From an uncultured delta proteobacterium (lineage in GTDB: Bacteria; Desulfobacterota; Desulfuromonadia; Desulfuromonadales; BM103), in NCBI GenBank assembly GCA_963751525.1, contig CAVVUQ010000005.1, positions 10,153-74,152 of the forward strand: 64,000 nucleotides of DNA, in the 5' to 3' direction. This document shows positions 43,285 through 52,311 of this stretch, piece after piece. The stretch's first letter is position 1, and each line of letters begins with the position of its first letter. Position numbers and translations under genes: made by a program. Below the pieces are notes generated by a model that did not search any database, was not told the origin of the DNA, and saw only the letters and a list, made by a program, of their open reading frames with translations.

Positions 43285-45507
43285 ATGCAAATACTGCTGG
43301 TACTGCTGCTGTTTGGCGGCGTTTTCGGTATGGCGTCATTCGCCGAACCGGTCACGCCGTTGACGGTTGGCTTTGTTCCTGGTTCCGCCGGACTGGTGCG
43401 GGAAGCGGCCGATGCCCACGCCGCTGCCGAAATTCCACGACCAGGGCGCCCGGAGGGATTGCCGGCAAACACATCACTCCCTGCGGTGGCGGTGTCTTCC
43501 CCGCCGGCCCCGCCAAAGGAGCGGCCCATCACTCTGGCGGCCGACCAGCTCGATTACGACGGCGAAAGCAGGGTGTTTCAGGCCAGCGGCAGCACTACCT
43601 TGCAACAGGGAGCGACGACCCTGACCGCCGAGCGGTTGCTCTGGCAGGAAAGCACCCGGGATGCCGTGGCCAGCGGCCAGGTGGTCCTGACCGAGGCGGA
43701 GGGCGAACTGCACGGCAGCCGTGTGCATGCCAATCTCGGCAGCGGCCTTGGGCAGATCAGCGACGGCCGGATGTTGCTGCGCGAGCGCAATTTTCACCTG
43801 GCCGGCGCCGAGATCGAACGCCTCGGCGAATCGACCTACCGATTGAGCGACGGGCGTTTCACCACCTGTGATGGCGAGGTTCCCGACTGGCAGTTCACCG
43901 CCGACCAGGTCGATGTCACCCTCGGTCGCTACGTCACCGCCAGCGACGTCTGGTTCGAGATCCGTGACCAGCCGCTGCTGTATCTCCCCTACCTGATCCT
44001 CCCGGTCAGCAGCCAGCGCCAATCCGGTTTCCTGCTGCCGAGGGCCGGCTATTCGGACCGCAAGGGCGCGATGTTTTCGCTCGCCTGGTACCAGGTCATC
44101 GACCGGAACCTCGACGCGACGGTCTATCTCGACTACCTCTCCAGTCTCGGTTTGGGCAAGGGGCTCGAATACCGCTACGTGCTCTCCGGGGGCAACCAGG
44201 GGGAGGCGCTGTTCTACCACGTCAGCGGTTTCGATGACACGCCGGACAGTTTCGCCTTCGACTGGCGGCACGACGGCAGACTGCCGGGCGACGTGCGCCT
44301 GGCCGCCGATGTCCAGTACGTCAACAAGCGGGAGTTCTTCGAGGACTTCGGTGAATCTGCCGAAGAGTACAACCAGGACCTGGCGGTTTCCACACTCATG
44401 GTGCAGCGCAACTGGGAGAAGCTCAACCTCACCGGGTATGCCCGCTATATCAAGGATCTGGACAACAACGAGGCCACCATTCAGCGCCTGCCGGAACTCG
44501 GCATGGACGTGCCGTTCTTCCGGTTGGGCACCGAACCGCTCTATGCGCGCACGGAACTGCGTGCCACCAGCTTTACCCGCGAGGAAGGGGAGGAGGGGCA
44601 GCGCCTGCTGCTGCGCCAGGGCTTGGGGCTGGAGCTCAAGCCTGGCAGCTGGCTTGAGTTTACCCCGGAGGTGGCGGTCTACGGGCGTTCCTACCACGCC
44701 GATTCGGGTGACGAGCACGACCTGATTCCGGAGTATTCGGCCACCCTGTCGGCCCGGCTGATCCGGACCTATTCGTTCGAGCACTGGGGGATCGAACGGC
44801 TGCAGCACAGCATCGAGCCGCAGCTCCGCTATCTCTATGTTCCTAACGAGAATCAGGATGAGTTGCCCGAGTTCGACCTGATGGACCGGATCGAGCCGCG
44901 CAACCTCATCGAGTATGCCCTGGTCAACCGCCTGACTGCCCGCTCGATCGGGATTGATGGCGCCCCGACCTATCGCGAGCTGCTCAACCTGCGCTTTTCC
45001 CAGGCTTATGACATCCGCGAGGAGCGGGACGCTGCGATCGATGATCCCGAGCCGTTTTCCGACCTGCGTACCGAGTTGACGCTGCGTCCGACCGTCGAGA
45101 GCATTCTGACCATGGACGCCACCAACAGGGTTTATGGCGATTTGCAGATTACCCGCTTTGACGCCGGTGCCGGTTACGATGACGGCCGTGGCAACCAGGC
45201 GCTCCTGGATTACACTTATCGTCGCGCCGGTCTGGCGGCCGAAGCCACCGATTATCTCGGGATCAAACTGGCCACCGCCTGGCTTGATCCGGTCCACCTC
45301 AGCCTGGAGGAACGCTACGACTTTCGCGCGGCGGATGCCCTTGAAAGTCTGATCGGCCTGGAATACCGCGCCAAATGCTGGAGCCTGTTTCTGAGCTTCC
45401 GCGACCGCCCGGACAGCCAGGAGTTCCTGGTGGGCTTCGCCCTGTCCGGACTGGGCCAGGTCGGCGGGTTCGGCAGCACCCTGAGGCCGCGGGTGGAGCA
45501 GCGCTAG
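43285..45507 (+). CDS. lptD: LPS-assembly outer-membrane protein LptD
   Basis: The ATG at 43285 gives signal peptide MQILLVLLLFGGVFGMASFA. OstA-like N-terminal domain and a large beta-barrel-type sequence. Confidence 0.85.
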   Translation: MQILLVLLLFGGVFGMASFAEPVTPLTVGFVPGSAGLVREAADAHAAAEIPRPGRPEGLPANTSLPAVAVSSPPAPPKERPITLAADQLDYDGESRVFQASGSTTLQQGATTLTAERLLWQESTRDAVASGQVVLTEAEGELHGSRVHANLGSGLGQISDGRMLLRERNFHLAGAEIERLGESTYRLSDGRFTTCDGEVPDWQFTADQVDVTLGRYVTASDVWFEIRDQPLLYLPYLILPVSSQRQSGFLLPRAGYSDRKGAMFSLAWYQVIDRNLDATVYLDYLSSLGLGKGLEYRYVLSGGNQGEALFYHVSGFDDTPDSFAFDWRHDGRLPGDVRLAADVQYVNKREFFEDFGESAEEYNQDLAVSTLMVQRNWEKLNLTGYARYIKDLDNNEATIQRLPELGMDVPFFRLGTEPLYARTELRATSFTREEGEEGQRLLLRQGLGLELKPGSWLEFTPEVAVYGRSYHADSGDEHDLIPEYSATLSARLIRTYSFEHWGIERLQHSIEPQLRYLYVPNENQDELPEFDLMDRIEPRNLIEYALVNRLTARSIGIDGAPTYRELLNLRFSQAYDIREERDAAIDDPEPFSDLRTELTLRPTVESILTMDATNRVYGDLQITRFDAGAGYDDGRGNQALLDYTYRRAGLAAEATDYLGIKLATAWLDPVHLSLEERYDFRAADALESLIGLEYRAKCWSLFLSFRDRPDSQEFLVGFALSGLGQVGGFGSTLRPRVEQR

Positions 45508-45603
45508 GAGTAAGTCGGGTCGCCCGCCGTTGTCTGGGGGGCGCCGTGGGTGTTTTGATGGGCGGGCCGCTGGCCTGCCACTTGTCCTGTGGAGGGAATC
45601 GCC

Positions 45604-45909
45604 ATGCGTCGAATTGTGCCTGTCCTGCTGTTCTTCTGGATCTTCAGTTCTGTCAGCCTGGGGCATGAGCTGCCCGCTGCCGGCCAGCTCGGGCCGTCGC
45701 CACCGGTTGCGGCCACGCCGCTCAATCTCAACGAGGCCACCGTCGAACAGCTCGACGGGCTCCCCGAGGTCGGTCCGGCCCTGGCCGGGCGGATTGTCGC
45801 CTACCGTGACCAGCATGGGCCGTTCACACGGTTCGAGCAACTCGACGAGGTCAAGGGGATCGGCACCCGGACCCTGGAGAAGTTGCGCCCCCACCTGGCC
45901 TTGGAGTAA
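45604..45909 (+). CDS. ComEA-like helix-hairpin-helix DNA-binding protein
   Basis: Signal/TM segment, then LNLNEATVEQLDGLPEVGPALAGRIVAYRDQHGPFTRFEQLDEVKGIG. Confidence 0.85.
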   Translation: MRRIVPVLLFFWIFSSVSLGHELPAAGQLGPSPPVAATPLNLNEATVEQLDGLPEVGPALAGRIVAYRDQHGPFTRFEQLDEVKGIGTRTLEKLRPHLALE

Positions 45910-46053
45910 ACGAGGCAACAGTTGCCGGGGCCGGCCCGCTTGTTTTGATGCAACCGTCGAACAGTGCTTGATTTTTTTTTAATGCTGGGAGAGTATGGTG
46001 CCTAATTTTTGCCGATCGGGCTTTCCCCGGCGGCGAGGGGGGCCGATCTCTCC

Positions 46054-46413
46054 ATGAGCGCCAGGAAAACCGGTTCCGCCGATACCAGCTCCCCCAGGAT
46101 TCCCTGGTGGCCGCTCGGTGTGGTTGCCGTGGTGTTTGTCTTTGCGCTCTGCGGCGATCGCGGTATCCTGCACATCTTCAAGCTCAAGCGCCAGCAGGCC
46201 GAGCTTCACCAGCAACTGGCCCAGGTTGAAGATGTCAATACCGGGATGCGCCGGGAGATCGCCTCGCTCAGCACCGACCGCCGGCACCTGGAGCGGATGG
46301 CGCGCTCCCAGTTGGGGATGGTGCGGGATGACGAGGTGGTCTACCAGTTCGCCAGCAAGGCCCGTCCGGCACCGCCTGCTCCCCCTGTCGCCACCGCCGA
46401 TTCGTCACGCTGA
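46054..46413 (+). CDS. ftsB: septum formation initiator FtsB/DivIC family protein
   Basis: TM helix, coiled coil and ERMARSQLGMVRDDEVVYQF. The start at 46054 is uncertain (the track ORF begins at 46009). Confidence 0.8.
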   Translation: MSARKTGSADTSSPRIPWWPLGVVAVVFVFALCGDRGILHIFKLKRQQAELHQQLAQVEDVNTGMRREIASLSTDRRHLERMARSQLGMVRDDEVVYQFASKARPAPPAPPVATADSSR

Positions 46414-46449
46414 CCCGTTCTTCTCCGCCCGCCGCCGCGCCGCCCCGTC

Positions 46450-46478
46450 TTGACAGTAATCAGGGGCGGCGCTAACAT
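46450..46478 (+). promoter_or_regulatory. candidate sigma70 promoter upstream of the small Cys ORF and argS
   Basis: TTGACA (46450-46455), 17-nt spacer, TAACAT (46473-46478). Confidence 0.45.
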
Positions 46479-46513
46479 GCCGTGCTCCCCAGTATCGATT
46501 CCGGACAGGTCCC

Positions 46514-46690
46514 ATGAGTGAAGATCGCCGCAAGAGCTGCCTCGTCTGCGCCTGGCGCGCCAACTGCGCCAAGCGTTTCAGTATGGGTGACGACGCCACC
46601 CTGCACTGTCCCGACTACAGCGAGGATGTGACCCTGCGCCAACGCCCGGCCGAGCCGGCGCCGATGCCCGACGGGGAGGCGCAGCCATGA
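46514..46690 (+). CDS. 58-aa Cys4 small protein, hypothetical
   Basis: Hand-translated as [58 protein letters not shown]. Its stop overlaps the argS ATG (ATGA). Below the ORF-track length cutoff. Confidence 0.45.
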   Translation: MSEDRRKSCLVCAWRANCAKRFSMGDDATLHCPDYSEDVTLRQRPAEPAPMPDGEAQP

Positions 46691-48373
46691 GGGAAGCGCT
46701 GCGGCAGCGCCTTGCCGATGCGCTCAAGGACTGCTTTGCCGCCGGTACCCTCGTTTCGGCAACGACCCCCGACATCCAGCTGGAAGTGCCCGGCAACCCC
46801 GAGCACGGCGACTTTGCCACCAACCTGGCGATGCTGCTGGCCCGCGCCGAGCGCAAGGCCCCGCGCCAGGTCGCCGAGGTGCTGGTCGCCGCCCTTGGCG
46901 ACGGCGGCGGGCTGTGGCGCAAGCTGGAGATCGCCGGCCCGGGGTTCATCAACTTCACCCTCGCGCCGCTGGCCTGGTTCCGGGAACTTGACGAAATGCT
47001 CCGCCAGGACCGGCGCTTCGGTTGCGGCCAGGCCGGCGCCGGCCGCAAGGTCCAGGTCGAGTTCGTCAGTGCCAACCCCACCGGTCCGCTGCACATCGGC
47101 CACGGCCGCGGCGCCGCGGTCGGCGACACCCTCTGCCGTCTGCTGGACGCCACCGGCTGGGCGGTCACCCGCGAGTTCTACTACAACGACGCCGGCGCCC
47201 AGATCGGCAACCTCGCCCGGTCGGTACAGGCGCGCTGTCTCGGTATCGAGCCCGGCGATGAGCGCTGGCCGGCCGACGGCTACCAGGGGGAGTACATCCG
47301 CGACGTTGCCCGTCGCCTATCTGGCCGGCGAGACCGTCGCTGCCGGCGACCGGCACGTCACCGCCGCCGCCGATCCCCACGACCTCGACGCCATCTGTTG
47401 CTTCGCCGTCGCCGCCCTGCGCCGCGAGCAGGACCAGGACCTTGCCGCCTTCGATGTGCGCTTCGATGTCTACTCACTCGAATCGGCCCTCTACACCGAC
47501 GGCAAGGTCGACGCCGTGGTGCAGCAGCTGATCGCCAGTGGCCACACTTATGAGCAGGATGGGGCCCTGTGGCTGCGCACCACCGACTTCGGCGACGACA
47601 AGAACCGGGTGATGCGCAAGGCGGACGGCAGCTACACCTATTTCGTTCCCGACGTCGCCTACCACCTCGACAAGTGGCAGCGCGGTTTCCAGCGGGTCAT
47701 CAACGAGCAGGGCGCCGACCACCACAGCACCATCACCCGGGTGCGCGCCGGGCTGCAGGCCCTCGCCGTCGGCATCCCCGCGGGCTGGCCCGACTACGTG
47801 CTGCACCAGATGGTCACCGTGCTGCGCGGCGGCGAAGAGGTGAAGATCTCCAAGCGCGCCGGCAGCTACGTCACCCTGCGCGACCTGATCGAGGAGGTTG
47901 GCCGCGACGCCACCCGCTTCTTCTTCCTGATGCGCCGCTCGGACGCCCAACTGGTCTTCGATATCGATCTGGCCAAGCAGCAGGGGAACGAGAACCCGGT
48001 CTACTACGTGCAGTACGCCCACGCCCGGGTGTGCAGCATCAACCGCACCGCCGGCGAGCAGGGGGTGGCGCTGCCGGCTGCCGGCGAGGCCGATCTGGCC
48101 GGGCTGGCTCTCGACGAGGAACTGGCCCTGACCCGGCTGCTGGCCCGCTACCCCGAGGTCGTGGCCGGGGCGGCCGAGAGCCTGGAGCCACACCGTATCG
48201 CCTTCTACCTGCAGGAACTGGCGGGGGCCTTTCACAGCTATTACAATCGCCAGCGCGTACTGGTGGACGACCCGGCCGTTACCCGGGCGCGCCTGCTGCT
48301 GGTCAACGCCGTGCGCATCGTGCTGCGCAACGCTCTGGGCCTGCTCGGCATGGCCGCTCCCGAGCGGATGTAA
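46687..48373 (+). pseudogene. argS: arginine--tRNA ligase, interrupted by a 1-nt insertion-type frameshift as sequenced
   Basis: The N-terminal part with the [11 protein letters not shown] motif is in track ORF 46687-47553. The remainder is in ORF 46712-48373. The junction is at 47311-47314. Confidence 0.9.
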
Positions 48374-48398
48374 CCGGACAACCAGAAAGACACCGAGC

Positions 48399-49103
48399 AT
48401 GAACGAACTTCCGGTGGGTTCCCGGACCCAGCGTCGCCTCGAGCGCCGGCAGATGGTGGTGATGATCATCCTGGTGATGGCGGTGACCGTGGCCAGCTTC
48501 TTCCTCGGCGTCATGGTCGGCGAGCGCGGCAGTTTTCCCGGCTTTGCCCCGCGGGTCGAGCCGCCGCGCCTGCCGATGGCGCAGATCGCCCCTCCGCCCC
48601 TGCCGAGCAGCGTGCCGGCCGGGCCGCAGAAGCTGACCTTCTACGATGATCTCCCCAAGGGGAACGCCGCGCCCCTGGGGAGTGGCATCAACCTGCCGAA
48701 GGGGGGGTATCCTTATTCGACACCCCCGCCACTGCCGCCACCGGTTGCGGCAGCGGCCCCCGGGGCCGCCGCCTCGGCACCGCCGGCACCGGCGGCCGTG
48801 ACGCCTGCCGCCGCTCCGGCCCCGGCTCCTGCTCCGGCCCCGGCCGTGGCCGCGCCCAAGGCCAGCGCCGGCGGGGGCTTCATGGTGCAGATCATGGCGA
48901 CCAAGGACCAGGCCGAGGCCAAGCGCATGGTCGACAAGCTGAAAGGGCAGGGCTTCGCCGCCTCGGCGGAGAAGGCCGATCTCGGCGCCAAGGGGATCTG
49001 GTACCGGGTGGTGACCGGACCCTATGGTGATCAGGCGGCGGCTGATAAGGCGGCGGCGCAGCTGAAAAAACAGAAATTTTCGGCAATGGTGCGCAAGCGC
49101 TGA
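48399..49103 (+). CDS. SPOR domain-containing protein
   Basis: N-terminal TM, Pro/Ala-rich linker and a C-terminal SPOR domain (FMVQIMATKDQAEAKRMVDKL...WYRVVTGPYGDQAAA). Confidence 0.85.
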   Translation: MNELPVGSRTQRRLERRQMVVMIILVMAVTVASFFLGVMVGERGSFPGFAPRVEPPRLPMAQIAPPPLPSSVPAGPQKLTFYDDLPKGNAAPLGSGINLPKGGYPYSTPPPLPPPVAAAAPGAAASAPPAPAAVTPAAAPAPAPAPAPAVAAPKASAGGGFMVQIMATKDQAEAKRMVDKLKGQGFAASAEKADLGAKGIWYRVVTGPYGDQAAADKAAAQLKKQKFSAMVRKR

Positions 49104-49111
49104 GTTTTTGC

Positions 49112-49140
49112 TTGACACTCACGACAGGTGTCGCTATATT
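49112..49140 (+). promoter_or_regulatory. near-consensus sigma70 promoter of initiator tRNA-Met
   Basis: TTGACA (49112-49117), 17-nt spacer, TATATT (49135-49140), 12 nt upstream of the tRNA 5' end. Confidence 0.65.
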
Positions 49141-49152
49141 CCAAAGTCTTGT

Positions 49153-49237
<85 letters not shown>

Positions 49238-49245
<8 letters not shown>

Positions 49246-49275
49246 GGAAAGAAATTTCCAGGTCCCTTTCTGTTT
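49238..49275 (+). terminator. hairpin terminator after tRNA-fMet
   Basis: agggacttggaaa-gaaa-tttccaggtccct followed by a T-rich tail. Confidence 0.6.
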
Positions 49276-49502
49276 CTGAGTATCTCAATGCCACTTGGGG
49301 GGCAAGACGGGTGGCAAGATCGACTTGCAGGCAATTCAGCCCGTCTCCCTTGTTTGTCCTGAACCGCGAGATTTTGAAACCGGGTGGCCGCGGACACGCA
49401 GAGCGTTGTCTGTTTCCGACGCCCAAAGGGTATCTGACAGCTTCTTGACTTCATGTGTTTTGTATCATACAGTACCCGCTATATATCTTTTAGGGACTAT
49501 AT

Positions 49503-49850
49503 ATGACACGTGAATCTTTGGGGAAAGAAGGCTTGCCGTCTCCTGCGGTGCTGGCGATTGAAGCCCTCGGCCAGAACATCCAGACCGCCCGGAAACGGCG
49601 AGGCTGGAGTCTGGAACAAATGGCTGGATCGATGATGGTCACGCGCAAGACGCTTTCGCGCCTGGAATCCGGGGACTCCTCGGTCGGCCTCGCCGTGCTG
49701 GCCGCGGCACTCCACGTGCTTGATATGTTGAACGACTTGTCGCTGATCGCATCTCCTGAGAAAGACGCACTGGGGCTTTTCCATGAGAAGCGGCGCCTCC
49801 CACAGCGGGTCCGGAAGAAAAAATCGCCAGCTGACGACTTGGATTTCTGA
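49503..49850 (+). CDS. hipB: XRE-family HTH antitoxin, HipB-like
   Basis: HTH segment IQTARKRRGWSLEQMAGSMMVTRKTLSRLESGD. The stop overlaps the hipA start by 1 nt (TGATG). Confidence 0.8.
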   Translation: MTRESLGKEGLPSPAVLAIEALGQNIQTARKRRGWSLEQMAGSMMVTRKTLSRLESGDSSVGLAVLAAALHVLDMLNDLSLIASPEKDALGLFHEKRRLPQRVRKKKSPADDLDF

Positions 49851-51079
49851 TGGCCGCAGAGCGTATAGCCTATGTCTTCATCTACCTGCCGGGCGAAACC
49901 ACCGCAGTGCCGGCGGGAGTGTTCACTCATTACCCCGACGATCGCGTTGGCCGGTTCGACTATGGGCGCCGCTACCTTGAGCGACCAAACGCACTGCCAG
50001 TTGATCCTGTCGCGTTGCCGCTGGGGGGGGGCGCCAAGGTAGCCGTGGCTAACGGTGGACTGTACGGCGCCTTCCGCGACGCCTCCCCCGATTACTGGGG
50101 CCGCCTGGTTCTAGCCGCTGAGCTGAAGACCGCACCCGAAGCCCTGACTGAGATGGACTATCTGTTGCTGGCCAACGCTTCCCGGGTCGGTAATCTCGAT
50201 TTTCGCACCTCGCTGGAGCAAGGCGAGACACCGATGAGTCCCCCGGCCTTCCAGGTTCTCGACGATCTGCTGGCGGCGGCTTCGTTGCTGCAGGCGGGAG
50301 AGCGGGTCAGCCAGGATCTGTTGCGCCTGTTGGAGCAGGGAACTAGCGTCGGCGGCGCTCGCCCCAAATGTACAGTCGAATTGGAAGACGCTCTCTGGAT
50401 CAGCAAATTCCCAGCGCGGGGCGACACCGTGAACTTTCCCCGCCTCGAAAGCGCCACCCTGGATCTGGCCCGAGCATGCGGCATCATCGTCCCGGAAACA
50501 CGTCTTGTGCAAGCCGGCGGCAAAGATGTTTTGCTGGTCCGTCGTTTTGACCGGGAAAAAACGACGACCGGATACCTCCGCTCCGGCTTTTTGAGCGCCC
50601 TCTCGCTGATGGAGTGGGATGAGATGGATAGACCGGCCTGGAGCTATCCGGCTCTCGCCGACCGGATGCGTGCCACTATCCTGGCGCAACCAGAACAACT
50701 CCATCAGCTCTTCAGGCGGATGGTGTTCAATGTCTTGAGTCGCAATATTGACGACCATCCCCGCAACCACGCCTTTATTCGGGGAGAGACGGGTCTGACG
50801 CTGTCACCAGCCTACGACATCGTGCCGGCGCCGACCCGGCCAGGGGTCGGTACGGACTTCACTCTTTCCATGGCACTGGGGGAAAGAGGCCGGGAAGCAT
50901 CGCTGGTAAATGCTTTAAGCATGTCACCACGGTTCGGGTTGACGCAGGACGATGCGAAGCGAGTCGTGATTGAGATGCAAGAGCGCGTCGCGCACTGGGA
51001 AGAGCACTACATGGAACATGGCCTGTCGAATGCAGACATCGAAGCAATCCGGGGTTGTTTTGCGCTTTCTTCGAAATAA
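49850..51079 (+). CDS. hipA: type II toxin HipA-family serine/threonine kinase
   Basis: 409 aa. HipA N-terminal coupling-domain-like start and the catalytic-loop motif NIDDHPRNHAF. Confidence 0.85.
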   Translation: MAAERIAYVFIYLPGETTAVPAGVFTHYPDDRVGRFDYGRRYLERPNALPVDPVALPLGGGAKVAVANGGLYGAFRDASPDYWGRLVLAAELKTAPEALTEMDYLLLANASRVGNLDFRTSLEQGETPMSPPAFQVLDDLLAAASLLQAGERVSQDLLRLLEQGTSVGGARPKCTVELEDALWISKFPARGDTVNFPRLESATLDLARACGIIVPETRLVQAGGKDVLLVRRFDREKTTTGYLRSGFLSALSLMEWDEMDRPAWSYPALADRMRATILAQPEQLHQLFRRMVFNVLSRNIDDHPRNHAFIRGETGLTLSPAYDIVPAPTRPGVGTDFTLSMALGERGREASLVNALSMSPRFGLTQDDAKRVVIEMQERVAHWEEHYMEHGLSNADIEAIRGCFALSSK

Positions 51080-51309
51080 TCGGAGTTGGACATGTCGTGC
51101 CAGGCTCAACATTAAATCGAAGACTGCATGGGAACCGTACGTACGGTGGTGTGGGAGGACGGCGGGGGTGACCCCGCCTCCTGCCCGATTGTGGCGGTCT
51201 GGGTGATTAGGCGCAAATTGATAACAAATATAGTGATTTGTGATTTTTTTGAAGAAGATGTAGATTCCGGGTTAAACGGAGATAATTCGAATCAGGGAGG
51301 AGTGGAGCT

Positions 51310-51768
51310 ATGAAAGCAGCATTGTGGGGATTAATCGCGATTAGTTTATTGCTGTCAGGCTGTGTCTCTGCCCAGCAGCACGCCAGCGATGTCCAGCAAG
51401 GTCTCCAGGGGGACAAATTGACAGTTGGCGTCGTCCAGAGAGAGATTAAGCAGGGGATGAGCGGCGCTGAGGTGGCTCAGGTTCTCGGTTCGCCCAATAT
51501 CGTATCTACCGATGAAAAGAGCAGAGAAGTTTGGATCTACGACAAGGTTGCTACGGATACCGTTTACTCGAACAGCAGTGGCGGAATAAGTTCTTTGATT
51601 TTGGGCGGCGGCCCCGTTGGCGCTGGGGCACTTGGCGGTGGCGTTGGTGGAAGCTCTAATTATGGGTCCGGCGCTGCCTCGACGAGTCAGCGGACGCTAA
51701 CAATTGTAATCAAGTTCGATGAGAGCAAAAAAGTGCGGGAATTCGCATATCATTCGTCAAGATTTTAG
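51310..51768 (+). CDS. SmpA/OmlA (BamE-like) family lipoprotein with a Gly-rich insert
   Basis: Lipobox LLSGC. GMSGAEVAQVLGSPN...EVWIYD and a C-terminal LTIVIKFDESKKVREFAY, with GGGPVGAGALGGGVGGSS between them. Confidence 0.65.
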   Translation: MKAALWGLIAISLLLSGCVSAQQHASDVQQGLQGDKLTVGVVQREIKQGMSGAEVAQVLGSPNIVSTDEKSREVWIYDKVATDTVYSNSSGGISSLILGGGPVGAGALGGGVGGSSNYGSGAASTSQRTLTIVIKFDESKKVREFAYHSSRF

Positions 51769-51783
51769 TGCCAGGGGGCAGGA

Positions 51784-52311
51784 ATGTTGAAAAAAGCGAC
51801 CGCATTGTTGATGCTGGTTTCACTTCTCGCTTGCCAAGCGTCCATTCCACCGGAGGCCCTCGATCTGTCACCAGAGACACTGCAGATGCGACAGATTTAG
51901 ACCAGGTATTTTGATACAAAAGACGAGGCAGCGGTGATGTCTGCGTCTGCTGCACTTCTGCAGGACATGGGCTTCAATATCGATGAAAGCGAAACAAAGC
52001 TTGGGTATATGCTGGGGACAAAAGACAGAGATGCTAGAAATGCTGGTCAAATAGTTGGAGCTGTGCTCCTGGCGGCACTTACAGGTGCTGTTATGGCTGT
52101 GGATAAATCTCAGAAGATGAGAGCATGTATCGTTACTCACCCCTACGGCGAGGAAAAAGAAAAAATAGCAGTCAGGGTGACATTCCAGAGAATTGTTTGG
52201 AATACGCAGGGGCAGATTACCACCAAGGAAGGTTTAGCGGAGCCTGAGATTTACCAGGAATTTTTTAGCAAGCTTTCTAAGTCGCTCTTCTTGGAGGCGC
52301 AGAACATATGA
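51784..52311 (+). pseudogene. lipoprotein, paralog of 52308-52733, with an in-frame TAG at codon 39
   Basis: The ATG at 51784 gives MLKKATALLMLVSLLAC (lipobox), with TAG at 51898-51900. The same frame continues into track ORF 51934-52311. It aligns to the downstream paralog across the stop. Confidence 0.6.

Noticed and set aside
45914-45949. Possible terminator after the comEA-like gene (ggcaac-a-gttgcc, then gggccggccc, then ttgtttt).
   Set aside because: The first hairpin has a 1-nt loop and the second palindrome has no loop, so neither can fold as drawn. The evidence is too weak to annotate.
51128-51200. A GC-rich patch between hipA and the lipoprotein cassette whose translations (GTVRTVVWEDGGGDPASCPI / EPYVRWCGRTAGVTPPPARL) reminded me of short conserved peptides seen next to mobile-element genes.
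   Set aside because: The resemblance is from memory only. There is no open frame of meaningful length and no adjacent transposase or reverse transcriptase. It might be a relic, but I cannot support that.
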